A stretch of DNA of 34,350 bases from UHGV virus genome UHGV-1648906; one strand, given 5' to 3'. Shown in pieces: positions 25,741 to 34,350 of this stretch. How positions within the stretch are numbered: position 1 is the first letter of the stretch; the number at the start of each line of letters is the position of its first letter. The position numbers and the translations under genes were made by a program. Source of the DNA: a virus. The notes under the pieces are model-generated. The model did no database searches, had not been told where the DNA came from, and was given only the letters and a program-made list of their open reading frames with translations.

Positions 25741-28700
25741 CTTCATCCGTATCATCAATCAGGAAGGCAAAATCGTTGAGCGAGACATCAACGAGACCGG
25801 CGACAACATCACTAAAGTTACCTTCAAGACGGCGTTGGCCACAGCCGATCAACCAGTAGCGAATGGCGTCTGGACGATCACCGAACCAGACCTTGTTCCA
25901 ATGCGGGCGCGCGTTGTCGCTATCGCGCAAGGTGAAACCCCGGGGTCGTTTGATATCACGGTGGTGCAGAACAATGCATCTAAGTACCAGGCGATTGATA
26001 ACGGGGCCGCGCTCGTTCCAGAAAATACGACGGTTCTTGATCCCACATATTCCAAACCGAGCAACCTGGTCATCTCAGAAGGCACCTATCTGTCCAGTCC
26101 GGGCAACTTGTCCGTGAAGCTGATGCTTGCCTGGGAAGGTAAATCACCAGAATACTGGGTCAGCTGGCGCCGCTCCGACGAGGGCAACGTCTCCAACTGG
26201 CAATCTGCCCGCGCCACGGAAGAACAATATGAAATCGTCAATGTTGCCGAAAATGGGCGATATGACTTCCAGCTGTATTCCGTTTCCTTCGGCGGCAAAA
26301 AATCCGAGATCATTACTGCTGTCTATCAGGTAAAAGGCACGATGACGCCGCCAGGGGCGCCCACATCACTCACCGCGGTGGGGGATTATCGTAACGTGGT
26401 ATTGAATTGGGTTAACCCTGATTCAGTCGACCTCGCGCAGATCAACGTGTATGCGTCCAAAACAAATAAGCTGGACACCGCAACACTCATTGCTCAGGCT
26501 GCAACAACGACTTTCACTCACGCTGGCCTGGGTGACAACGAGACCTGGTATTACTGGATTCGTGCGGTAAACAAACGTGGGATGGTAGGCCAGCCGAACT
26601 CGAACCTCGGTACAGAGGCCACCACTCGCGACGTATTGTCTTTCCTGAAAGATAAGATCACATCTTCTGAACTCGGCAAGGAGCTGCTCGACGAAATCGA
26701 CAGCAAAGCCACTCAGGAGGCGGTAGACAACGCCATTGGCGAGGTTCAGAACTCAGTCAACGAGTCTATCCAGCAAGTTGAAAACGATCTGGCGCAAACC
26801 TCCTCCGAAATTAAGGCGCAGGTTGACTCTGTCAATCAGTCGCTGAAAGAGGATATAAAGACCGTCAATCAGACGATTGTTGACAACATCGATACCGTCA
26901 ACCAGACGATCAATACCAACATCTCCAACGTAAACAGCCAAATTGAAGCTGCAAAACAGTCTATTAAAGACGGCGACGCGGCTCTGTCGCAGGAGATTAA
27001 GAATGCGCAGTCATCACTGACAACGTCGCTGTCCCAGACCAGCAAAGATCTGACTGCGGCCATTCAGAAAGAGACGAATGACCGTATTGCAGATGTTAAT
27101 GACGCAGCCAAGCAAGCGGCCGACCAACTGCTGAGCGCGAAGAATGAGCTGAAAACCTCTATCGATAGCTTGTCTGAGGTTGTGACCTCCGGTGACGAAA
27201 ACCTCGCGCGACAGATCTCGCAGATTGCCGCTGGCACAGGGGAACAGTTTGACTCTCTGAAAATCTGGTATTTCGACCAGGACGCTGAAGGCTGGACGGA
27301 AGATGATAATGGCTACACGCCAATGAGCGTCACCAGCGATGGCTGGCTGAAAGCGAACAATCCGACCTCAACCTGTCGTTCCCCTAACGGCTTGACGATC
27401 GATGCCCATGCTTATCGTTTCATTAAGATGCGCATTAAAAAGGTTGGCAACCCAACCTGGAACGCCAAAATGTTCTGGATCGGCGCTGATGAAACCGGCT
27501 GGAATGCTGGTCGCTCCGTGGTTATCAATGAACCGGAATACGATGACAAGGGTATTGCGATTCTGACCCTGCACGACATTGAGTGGCGAGATTCGACAAC
27601 GATTCGTCGTTTCCGCTTCGATTTCACTTCAGGTCAGGATGCGGACAATTACCTGTTATTCGACTGGATCGCCGTCGGTCGACCGACGCCGGGCGCAGGC
27701 ATGGCCGCGTTACAGGAAGAGCAGCAGGCTCGTGCGAATGCAGATACCGCCGAAGCGCAGGCGCGCAGCACATTGGCTGCACAAATCCGCGGTTCCTCTG
27801 AAAGCGGAAATCTGGACGACATTCGCTCCGGTCTGATCTATCAGGAGAAAAATGCTCGTATCACCGCCGATGCTGCGGAAGCGAGTGCGCGTGAATCCCT
27901 GCAGACTGAATTCAACAGAAACAAAGCCTCTGTTGCAGAAGAGCTGCATACGCTGTCCACTGAACAAGCTTCCCAGGCAAGCAAGATTACCGGGTTGCAA
28001 ACAAGCCTTGGCCAGAAGGCCGATGCCAGTGCAGTACAGACAATTTCCCAGAAGGTTGAAGAGCAGGGCAACACCCTTAAATCACAAGGTGCGGCATTGT
28101 CTACGCTGGATAATCGCGTAGGAAGTGTTGAGTCTGGTGTGTCTGCGAATAGCAAGGCGATCACGGGTCTGCAGTCGACCGTAACCCAGCAGGATAAAAC
28201 CCTTAGCAGCCAGAGTGAAAGCATCACCACCCTGAATAACTCGCTGAGCGATATCCAGAGCGATACCGATACTGCCAAAAGCAATCCGAGCAATTTGCTG
28301 GTTAACGCCTCCTTTGAGCGTGACCTGGCAGGGTGGTCTGCAGGGAACAGCGTATCCAATGTTATCAAAGCGAGTGCGCCCCATTCTGGTAGCAAAATTC
28401 TTGTTTGCGCCGCTGGCACGGTGCAAATCACGCAATCTGTAAGCGTCGTCGAAGGGCGGACATACAAGCTGTCCTCTTTTGTGCGCTGCACCACGGATGC
28501 GGTAATCAGCAGCCCTGGCAACAACAAACTGCGTATTGGCGCAGCCACGTTGCTCAAAGAGATTCCGATCCGTCCGGAGAATCTGCCCAAAGATGAAACA
28601 TGGAAAGAGATCTCTGATACCTGGAAGGCGACGCTGACCGGTAAAGTTGACGTATCGATCATGTCTTCTCTCAAAACCGGTTCTCAGTACTTCGATGATA

Positions 28701-31700
28701 TTGGTTTTGTTGACGTCACTGATGCTCTGGCGATTGAGGCGAACGCCAGTGCCACCAATGCTTTGACCTCTCGGGTATCGTCTGTTGAGGGCACCATCAC
28801 AAGTCAGGGGCAACAGATCACTTCGATGCAGAACAGTATCAAGAACAAAGCTGACGCCTCAGCTGTGACTAATCTGACAAACCGCGTAACTGCTGCCGAA
28901 AATCAGATCTCCAGCCAGTCCCAGAGCATCACCAGCCTGTCAAATTCGCTGGATAACGCCAATGCTGATGCGGATGCCTCGAAAGCGATCATCGGCAACA
29001 TGCTCAAAAACAACTCTTTTGAACGTGGTTTCGAAGGTTGGGAGTATGTTGGTTGGACTCTGCTGGAGGCCCAAAACCCCAAATCGGGGAAATACATCAT
29101 CCAGGCGGGCAAACTGGCCTCTGGCGGTGACTCGGGCTGCAACCAAACGATCGAGCTGCAGGCTGGCAAGACTTATCGTATCGGCGCATGGGTTCGCAAA
29201 TCCGCTGACTTCGCGATCAATAATGCCGGCAACAACAAAATTAGCCTTCGAAACGCAGATCTGACGCCGATAAAGGATATCCCGATCACTGGCGCTGGGC
29301 TGTCGACGAACTGGGCGCTTATTAGCGGCGAGTATACGCCAGCCAAAACCGCCAGCGTGGTTGTGTCTCTGCGTGCAAGTGTCGCTTCCGGCTATATGTA
29401 TCTCGATGACGTCTTCTGCGTTGACGTGAGCAATGAGAAAGCGATTGATGCGACGTCCAATGCGTTATCAACCCTCAACAGCACCGTGACCCAGCAGGGA
29501 AAAGACATTACGTCTAACTCCAACAGCATCACTTCGCTGTCAAACCAGATGGTTAACGGCCGCCAGAACATGTGGGTGCGTAGCGTATACAACGTACAAC
29601 TGGCGAACAATACCACTGAGCCGACCTTTAGCGATATCAACGGTAAGGCGCCAATCTCGATCGATGAGGTTCCTGACGCGGCAAAACTGGACTTTGCGAG
29701 CGCCGGCAGTTACGTGATCGCGCATTACAAAGCCTTCGTGAAAGTCAATGCTGATACCACCATCACTATGGCACCAGGGGCTCGTGTTTTTGATGATACG
29801 GGCGCCGTGTACGTGAACGGTGTTAGGGTTGCCTTTGGTAATGCGAGCTGGAATACGGTTAGCTTTGATCTGAAAGCTGGCTGGAGCACGGTTGAGTTCT
29901 TGGTGAACCAATGGACTGGTCAGGCTTACATTAACCTCGGCTTTAAACTGTCCGAGAAGGTAGCCCAGCTGAATTCTGCTCTTGGGATGAACGCGCTTTC
30001 GAATGCCATTAGCGCCGTCACCTCAAACGTCAGCACCGTAGGTGATCGCGTCACGAGCACCTCACAGAGCGTTACTGACCTGCGAAATAGCCTCGAACAG
30101 ACCAACGCAAATCTAGCGAATAAGGCAGATGCACAGGCGCTGTCTACGCTGCAAAATACGGTCTCCAAGCAGGGGGATACGATTTCCAGCCAGGGTAACA
30201 GCATCACGAACCTGAATAACACCCTGACCGCTGCCAGAAACGCCGGTGACAACCTGATCCCGAACTACGATTTCCTGCAGGGTGCAACTGCGTGGGATAC
30301 CCAGTATCCGGCGGGCGTCACTTTCGGCAACTTCGGTGATGGTAAGGCTGGGGTTAAGCTGAACCGGACGACCACTACCAGCCCAGGCATCTTCTCCAAC
30401 AACAACAAGCCGCTGCCGCTTAATGGTCAGCGCAAATATCGTGTTGTGGTTAAAGCCAAGGGCGTGTCCGGGGCGATGAACATGTTGATCCGGCGCCAGA
30501 ACAAAATCGGCCAGACCGACAGCAATTATGAAGATAAAAACGTCACACTCACCAGTGAGTGGCAGACCATTACCTGGGAAACTGGGCTTACTGCCTCTAA
30601 CGCTGATGGCCAGAACTTTAAGCTTTACGCGCACCCGGCTAATGCCGAAATCTGGGTTGATACCTTTAAGGTCTTTGATATCACGGATGAGGTGAAGATC
30701 AAGGCTAATAGCGATGCGCTGTCTACGTTGTCGAGCACGGTGACGCAGCAGGGTGACAAGATCACCAGTCAGGGCAACAGCATCACTAAGTTGACCAATG
30801 ACCTCGAAGTCGCTGACGCAAACATCGCGAAAAAGGCCGATCAGTCGGCAGTCACTACGCTGACAGGTCGGGTAGAGAAGACGGAGTCCGGTCTGACGGC
30901 GGCGAACAGCAACATTACGTCGCTCAGCAGCTCTCTGAACCAGCAATCCAAACGCGGCGCCAATCTGCTTCCTGATGGCACTTTTGAAAGCTACGCGGTT
31001 GGCCATAATCTATCAAATAATCGCGTTATCGTGACCACTGATGACTCGCATGGCGGTAGTAAGTGCATCCGTGTGACGCGTCCGAATGATTACAACGCTA
31101 ACGCAACTGATAACAGCGATAATCACATTTTCAGCGGGTTCCAGGTTCGCGATAACGCAGTCTTCTATATGGAATGCTGGGTTAAGCTGGATGCCAAGAG
31201 CACCGCTATGGCCGAGAATGCGCAGATCTCCATTGGCTTGTCGCTCCAGTATCAGGATAACTCCTGGCAGTGGCCAGCAGTAACCAAAGCGGCGAAAGAT
31301 CTGTCTACAGCTCAATGGACGAAGGTTTCTGGTTACCTGAAATCAACGAAGAGCGGTATTAAGCAGGCAATGGTGAGGATTTCTATTCCTAACGTTAGCA
31401 GCGTTAAGGCGGGAAACTCATTCCTCATTGATGACCTGGTCATTACCGAAGTGACTGATGCCTACAATGCGCAAAGTACAGCAGACGCTAATGCCAATGC
31501 GATTTCGACACTGGACTCGACCGTCTCCCAACAGGGTGACCAGATCACCAGTCAGGGTAACAGCATCACCAAACTGACAAATGACCTGGCAACGACCAAT
31601 AACAACGTCAGTAAAAAAGCGGATCAGAGCGCTTTAAGCGTGTTGTCCGGGCGCGTCGATCAAACAGAATCGGGCTTATCCTCTGCGAATAGCAGTATCA

Positions 31701-34350
31701 CTGCGCTTAATTCATCTGTACGCGCAGGGAATGCGACAAGTGGCGATTTGATTAGCAACCCGACATTTGACCCAGAGTTTAGTCAGATGGGCTTCACTGT
31801 GGTTTCCAGCTCGTCTGAGGGCGTGCCAGCCAATTGCCCATACGCTTATGTTGCACGCATTGCGGCTCGCGACCATCACCCCAATTTTGCTGCTATTCCG
31901 GCGACATTGGGGGATGTCTATGAAATGTCTGCTCTCGTCGCGTGTGGCACCGGCTCCGCTGATTTCAACCTGTATCTCGGAACCGCAACACGGCCAAGCG
32001 GCAGCATGGGCGCGCCTCTGTCATCCGGCGGCAACCGCAAGGCGTCGGCCACATGGCAGCGAGTAACCTGGCGATTCAAAATTACTCAGGGGATTGTCGA
32101 TCGCGGCTTCTTCCGTCCATTCCTGCAAATTAACCAGTCCAGCCCATTCGGCACCGTCTGGTATGTGACTGACTGGCATCTGCGGAACGTAACCGACTCC
32201 TCCAAAGTCCAGGATTCCCTCGACGCCACGGCGAAAGCGGTTGATTCGCTGACCTCTACGGTAAATCAGCAGGGGGAGAATATCTCCAGCATTGGTACAC
32301 GTACTACCAATCTTGAGAATAATTTGAGAACAACAAATGCAAACGTTGCTCAAAAAGCGGACGCCAATGCTCTGACGGCACTGACCAACCGTGTTACCCA
32401 GACCGAAAAAGACATTAACTCAACGAGTTCTTCTGTCACGAATCTGAACAACAAGGTTGATGCCATTTCTGTTGGCGGTACAAACCTGATTAAGAACTCT
32501 GGCGATATGACCGGCTGGTCGAACGTTACCAGCGACACGTATCGTGGTAACGCGGTAATTGGCGCAACTGTAAAAGCCGGCTCCGGCTACAAGGATCTGC
32601 GGGAAATCACGCTTGAGTCGCCGGTCGATGCAGGTGAGTACGTTTACAGCTTCTATGCAAAAGGCGGTGTTGCTGGCCAGATTATGACGGCGTTCTTCTA
32701 CAATCCGAACACTACAACGTCTATCGAGACCAGCCAGGGTGCGAAAGGTAACAACAGTGATGGCCGTGCGCAGTTCACGCTGACCACTTCATGGTCCCGC
32801 TATTGGGTTAAGTGGAAACAGACACCTACCACGAGTACCAAGCGCCTGATTCTGTGTCGTATCGAGAGCAATACCTCCAAAGACCAGACGGTGTACATCA
32901 ACAGTCCGAAGTTTGAGGTAGGTAACGTTGTTTCCGACTGGAACGAGTCTCCGTCTGATAGTGCCAGTGCGTCGGCTGTGGACTCGCTGACAACGAAAGT
33001 GAATCAGCAGGGCACTTCCATTAGCTCTATCGGAAATCGCACCACATCGTTGGAAAACGGGTTATCGACAGCTCAAAACAACATTGCCAAGAAGGCTGAT
33101 GCTTCTGCATTGCAGGATCTCCGGAACACGGTGACATCTCAGGGTGATGATTTAACTGCGGCGAACAGCAGCATTACCAGCCTGCATGCCTCGATGAACC
33201 GTCGCACTGTGTTTACTGTCACTGCACGGGGTAATGGCAACAGCGTTACCCATGGGGTGTTTGATGAAAGCGGCAAGAACCTGTTTACCCCTGGTCGCAG
33301 TTGGGCGCTGGTCACTTTTGCAAAACACAGCGATGGATCAACGGTGATTGCGACCTCCAAAACATACGATGTCTTTGGCAGCGCGAATAATGGCGCCACG
33401 ATGTCGGCCGATATCGAGGCGTTGGCCAGTGGGACTTACGTTTGTGTCCTGACATTCGATGAGCCAACTGGCAACCGAGGTAAGGTATTGTCTGCCCTGG
33501 AATCTCTTGGTGGTACATCCGAAATCGTCAACTCTCTGCCGTATCGTGGTGCCTATATTCTTCTTGGCCGCAAAGGCATGAAGCCGGGCGATGGTCTGGA
33601 ACTTCGTGCGCCTACCGGTGGCGACGGCACCGCCCACATTTCGACCTCAGTCGAGTTTGTGAACGGGGTAATGATGGGACTGGGCGCCGCCGGCGGTGTG
33701 ATGATGAAGGCTGATGCGAACGCGTCGGCAATTACCACGCTCCAGAACACAGTGAAGACCCAGGGGGATAATATTGACTCCCTGAGCTCCTCGACAACGG
33801 CGCTGGAAAATAGCCTTGCGTCCAGTAAAGCCAGCGTGGATGCAGCAAGCCAGATCCCCGGGAATCTGATCGTAAACCCGTCTTTTGAACGTGGTACGGA
33901 GGGCTACACTGGTTGGAGCGGTATTGCCACGGTGGCAACGCTGCAGGTTCCACATCTTGGCACCAAAGCCGCCAAACTAGCGGCGGGTGGTTCTGCAGGC
34001 GTGGGCCAGAAGATCTCCTTCAAAAAGGATCGGTCGTACAAAATTGGTATTTGGGCAAAGCAGGACCCTAATACCACCATTCAGTCGACCGACAACACAA
34101 AATTCCGTGTGGCTGACGGTACTGGCCTGATTGCAAGTAAGGTTTATGGTCCGTTCACCTCGAACTGGCAGGAGGTGTCATGGACATGGAAGGCGACAAA
34201 GGATGTCCTTGCTGACGTTCAGTTCACTGCTTTCTTGTCAGCCGGCGCGATGTACTTTGATGATTTTTACGTCGTCGATGTGACCGACTCAGTTGAAACT
34301 CAGGCGAACTCGAGTGCGATCACGAAGCTCGATAGTCGTGTGACCAAGAC
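25700..34350 (+). CDS. continuation of the J-like host specificity protein, fused to a giant central tail fibre (partial, open to window end)
   Basis: Frame 2 has no stop from 25658 to 34350; contains a fibronectin-III-like segment and the lambda J-like motif KITSSELGKELL (26650-26700), then coiled-coil linker repeats and beta-sandwich modules. Not in the ORF track because it lacks a stop in the window. Confidence 0.8.
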   Translation, partial: MSLDAPVSLKKSGSFIRIINQEGKIVERDINETGDNITKVTFKTALATADQPVANGVWTITEPDLVPMRARVVAIAQGETPGSFDITVVQNNASKYQAIDNGAALVPENTTVLDPTYSKPSNLVISEGTYLSSPGNLSVKLMLAWEGKSPEYWVSWRRSDEGNVSNWQSARATEEQYEIVNVAENGRYDFQLYSVSFGGKKSEIITAVYQVKGTMTPPGAPTSLTAVGDYRNVVLNWVNPDSVDLAQINVYASKTNKLDTATLIAQAATTTFTHAGLGDNETWYYWIRAVNKRGMVGQPNSNLGTEATTRDVLSFLKDKITSSELGKELLDEIDSKATQEAVDNAIGEVQNSVNESIQQVENDLAQTSSEIKAQVDSVNQSLKEDIKTVNQTIVDNIDTVNQTINTNISNVNSQIEAAKQSIKDGDAALSQEIKNAQSSLTTSLSQTSKDLTAAIQKETNDRIADVNDAAKQAADQLLSAKNELKTSIDSLSEVVTSGDENLARQISQIAAGTGEQFDSLKIWYFDQDAEGWTEDDNGYTPMSVTSDGWLKANNPTSTCRSPNGLTIDAHAYRFIKMRIKKVGNPTWNAKMFWIGADETGWNAGRSVVINEPEYDDKGIAILTLHDIEWRDSTTIRRFRFDFTSGQDADNYLLFDWIAVGRPTPGAGMAALQEEQQARANADTAEAQARSTLAAQIRGSSESGNLDDIRSGLIYQEKNARITADAAEASARESLQTEFNRNKASVAEELHTLSTEQASQASKITGLQTSLGQKADASAVQTISQKVEEQGNTLKSQGAALSTLDNRVGSVESGVSANSKAITGLQSTVTQQDKTLSSQSESITTLNNSLSDIQSDTDTAKSNPSNLLVNASFERDLAGWSAGNSVSNVIKASAPHSGSKILVCAAGTVQITQSVSVVEGRTYKLSSFVRCTTDAVISSPGNNKLRIGAATLLKEIPIRPENLPKDETWKEISDTWKATLTGKVDVSIMSSLKTGSQYFDDIGFVDVTDALAIEANASATNALTSRVSSVEGTITSQGQQITSMQNSIKNKADASAVTNLTNRVTAAENQISSQSQSITSLSNSLDNANADADASKAIIGNMLKNNSFERGFEGWEYVGWTLLEAQNPKSGKYIIQAGKLASGGDSGCNQTIELQAGKTYRIGAWVRKSADFAINNAGNNKISLRNADLTPIKDIPITGAGLSTNWALISGEYTPAKTASVVVSLRASVASGYMYLDDVFCVDVSNEKAIDATSNALSTLNSTVTQQGKDITSNSNSITSLSNQMVNGRQNMWVRSVYNVQLANNTTEPTFSDINGKAPISIDEVPDAAKLDFASAGSYVIAHYKAFVKVNADTTITMAPGARVFDDTGAVYVNGVRVAFGNASWNTVSFDLKAGWSTVEFLVNQWTGQAYINLGFKLSEKVAQLNSALGMNALSNAISAVTSNVSTVGDRVTSTSQSVTDLRNSLEQTNANLANKADAQALSTLQNTVSKQGDTISSQGNSITNLNNTLTAARNAGDNLIPNYDFLQGATAWDTQYPAGVTFGNFGDGKAGVKLNRTTTTSPGIFSNNNKPLPLNGQRKYRVVVKAKGVSGAMNMLIRRQNKIGQTDSNYEDKNVTLTSEWQTITWETGLTASNADGQNFKLYAHPANAEIWVDTFKVFDITDEVKIKANSDALSTLSSTVTQQGDKITSQGNSITKLTNDLEVADANIAKKADQSAVTTLTGRVEKTESGLTAANSNITSLSSSLNQQSKRGANLLPDGTFESYAVGHNLSNNRVIVTTDDSHGGSKCIRVTRPNDYNANATDNSDNHIFSGFQVRDNAVFYMECWVKLDAKSTAMAENAQISIGLSLQYQDNSWQWPAVTKAAKDLSTAQWTKVSGYLKSTKSGIKQAMVRISIPNVSSVKAGNSFLIDDLVITEVTDAYNAQSTADANANAISTLDSTVSQQGDQITSQGNSITKLTNDLATTNNNVSKKADQSALSVLSGRVDQTESGLSSANSSITALNSSVRAGNATSGDLISNPTFDPEFSQMGFTVVSSSSEGVPANCPYAYVARIAARDHHPNFAAIPATLGDVYEMSALVACGTGSADFNLYLGTATRPSGSMGAPLSSGGNRKASATWQRVTWRFKITQGIVDRGFFRPFLQINQSSPFGTVWYVTDWHLRNVTDSSKVQDSLDATAKAVDSLTSTVNQQGENISSIGTRTTNLENNLRTTNANVAQKADANALTALTNRVTQTEKDINSTSSSVTNLNNKVDAISVGGTNLIKNSGDMTGWSNVTSDTYRGNAVIGATVKAGSGYKDLREITLESPVDAGEYVYSFYAKGGVAGQIMTAFFYNPNTTTSIETSQGAKGNNSDGRAQFTLTTSWSRYWVKWKQTPTTSTKRLILCRIESNTSKDQTVYINSPKFEVGNVVSDWNESPSDSASASAVDSLTTKVNQQGTSISSIGNRTTSLENGLSTAQNNIAKKADASALQDLRNTVTSQGDDLTAANSSITSLHASMNRRTVFTVTARGNGNSVTHGVFDESGKNLFTPGRSWALVTFAKHSDGSTVIATSKTYDVFGSANNGATMSADIEALASGTYVCVLTFDEPTGNRGKVLSALESLGGTSEIVNSLPYRGAYILLGRKGMKPGDGLELRAPTGGDGTAHISTSVEFVNGVMMGLGAAGGVMMKADANASAITTLQNTVKTQGDNIDSLSSSTTALENSLASSKASVDAASQIPGNLIVNPSFERGTEGYTGWSGIATVATLQVPHLGTKAAKLAAGGSAGVGQKISFKKDRSYKIGIWAKQDPNTTIQSTDNTKFRVADGTGLIASKVYGPFTSNWQEVSWTWKATKDVLADVQFTAFLSAGAMYFDDFYVVDVTDSVETQANSSAITKLDSRVTK
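27700..34350 (+). repeat. array of at least ten paralogous coding repeat units (coiled-coil linker type) within the fibre gene
   Basis: Peptide pattern A-x-S-T-L-x-S-T-V-T-Q-Q-G-D-x-I-T-S-Q-G-N-S-I-T-x-L-x-N; the DNA units at 30721-30810 and 31501-31590 are highly similar by eye, with identical runs such as GATCACCAGTCAGGG. Confidence 0.8.

Noticed and set aside
27841-31006. Long minus-strand ORFs (277, 243 and 297 aa) and short plus-strand ORFs in alternate frames within the fibre region
   Set aside because: The plus-strand frame 2 is open across the whole region and encodes recognisable repeats and domains; the other frames are artefacts of the repetitive composition.
27700-34350. Possible CRISPR array suggested by the periodic repeats
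   Set aside because: The repeats are imperfect, of variable length, in frame and protein-coding (coiled-coil linkers). There are no short identical direct repeats with unique spacers and no cas genes.
1-34350. tRNA genes, integrase and att sites
   Set aside because: No cloverleaf-like segments were noticed in the few intergenic gaps, and no recombinase-like ORF is present in the window; the lysogeny module, if any, must lie outside it.

Overview
This window is a contiguous piece of a tailed dsDNA phage or prophage genome with a lambda-like tail tip, probably from an enterobacterial host (inference from gene content only). It has two divergent arms. Left arm (minus strand, 1-3163): an SF2 DNA helicase followed by three small genes, one with a Sec-type signal peptide. 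Right arm (plus strand, 3246 to window end): (i) a translationally coupled five-gene cassette of two ParB/Srx-like proteins, a minimal ABC-type ATPase, a putative GNAT-like protein and a small winged-helix protein (3246-6419); (ii) a repeat-rich non-coding region with a ~100-bp imperfect palindrome directly upstream of the packaging genes (6420-6615); (iii) a complete late morphogenesis module: TerS, TerL, portal, scaffold, major capsid protein, Big_2 Ig-like protein, head-tail connector genes, major tail protein, G/GT-type chaperone pair, a 1507-aa tape measure protein, lambda-like M-L-K-I, and a giant J-like host-specificity protein. The J-like gene is broken by a frameshift near 25.70 kb, then continues in another frame for more than 8.6 kb as a modular array of coiled-coil linker repeats and beta-sandwich (CBM-like) modules, and runs off the window end. 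A family of AT-rich palindromes (core TAGATAAGTAATTATCTA) recurs in at least six intergenic regions. I saw no tRNA, rRNA, CRISPR array, integrase or att site. All calls rest on reading the sequence and the ORF track; no database search was run.
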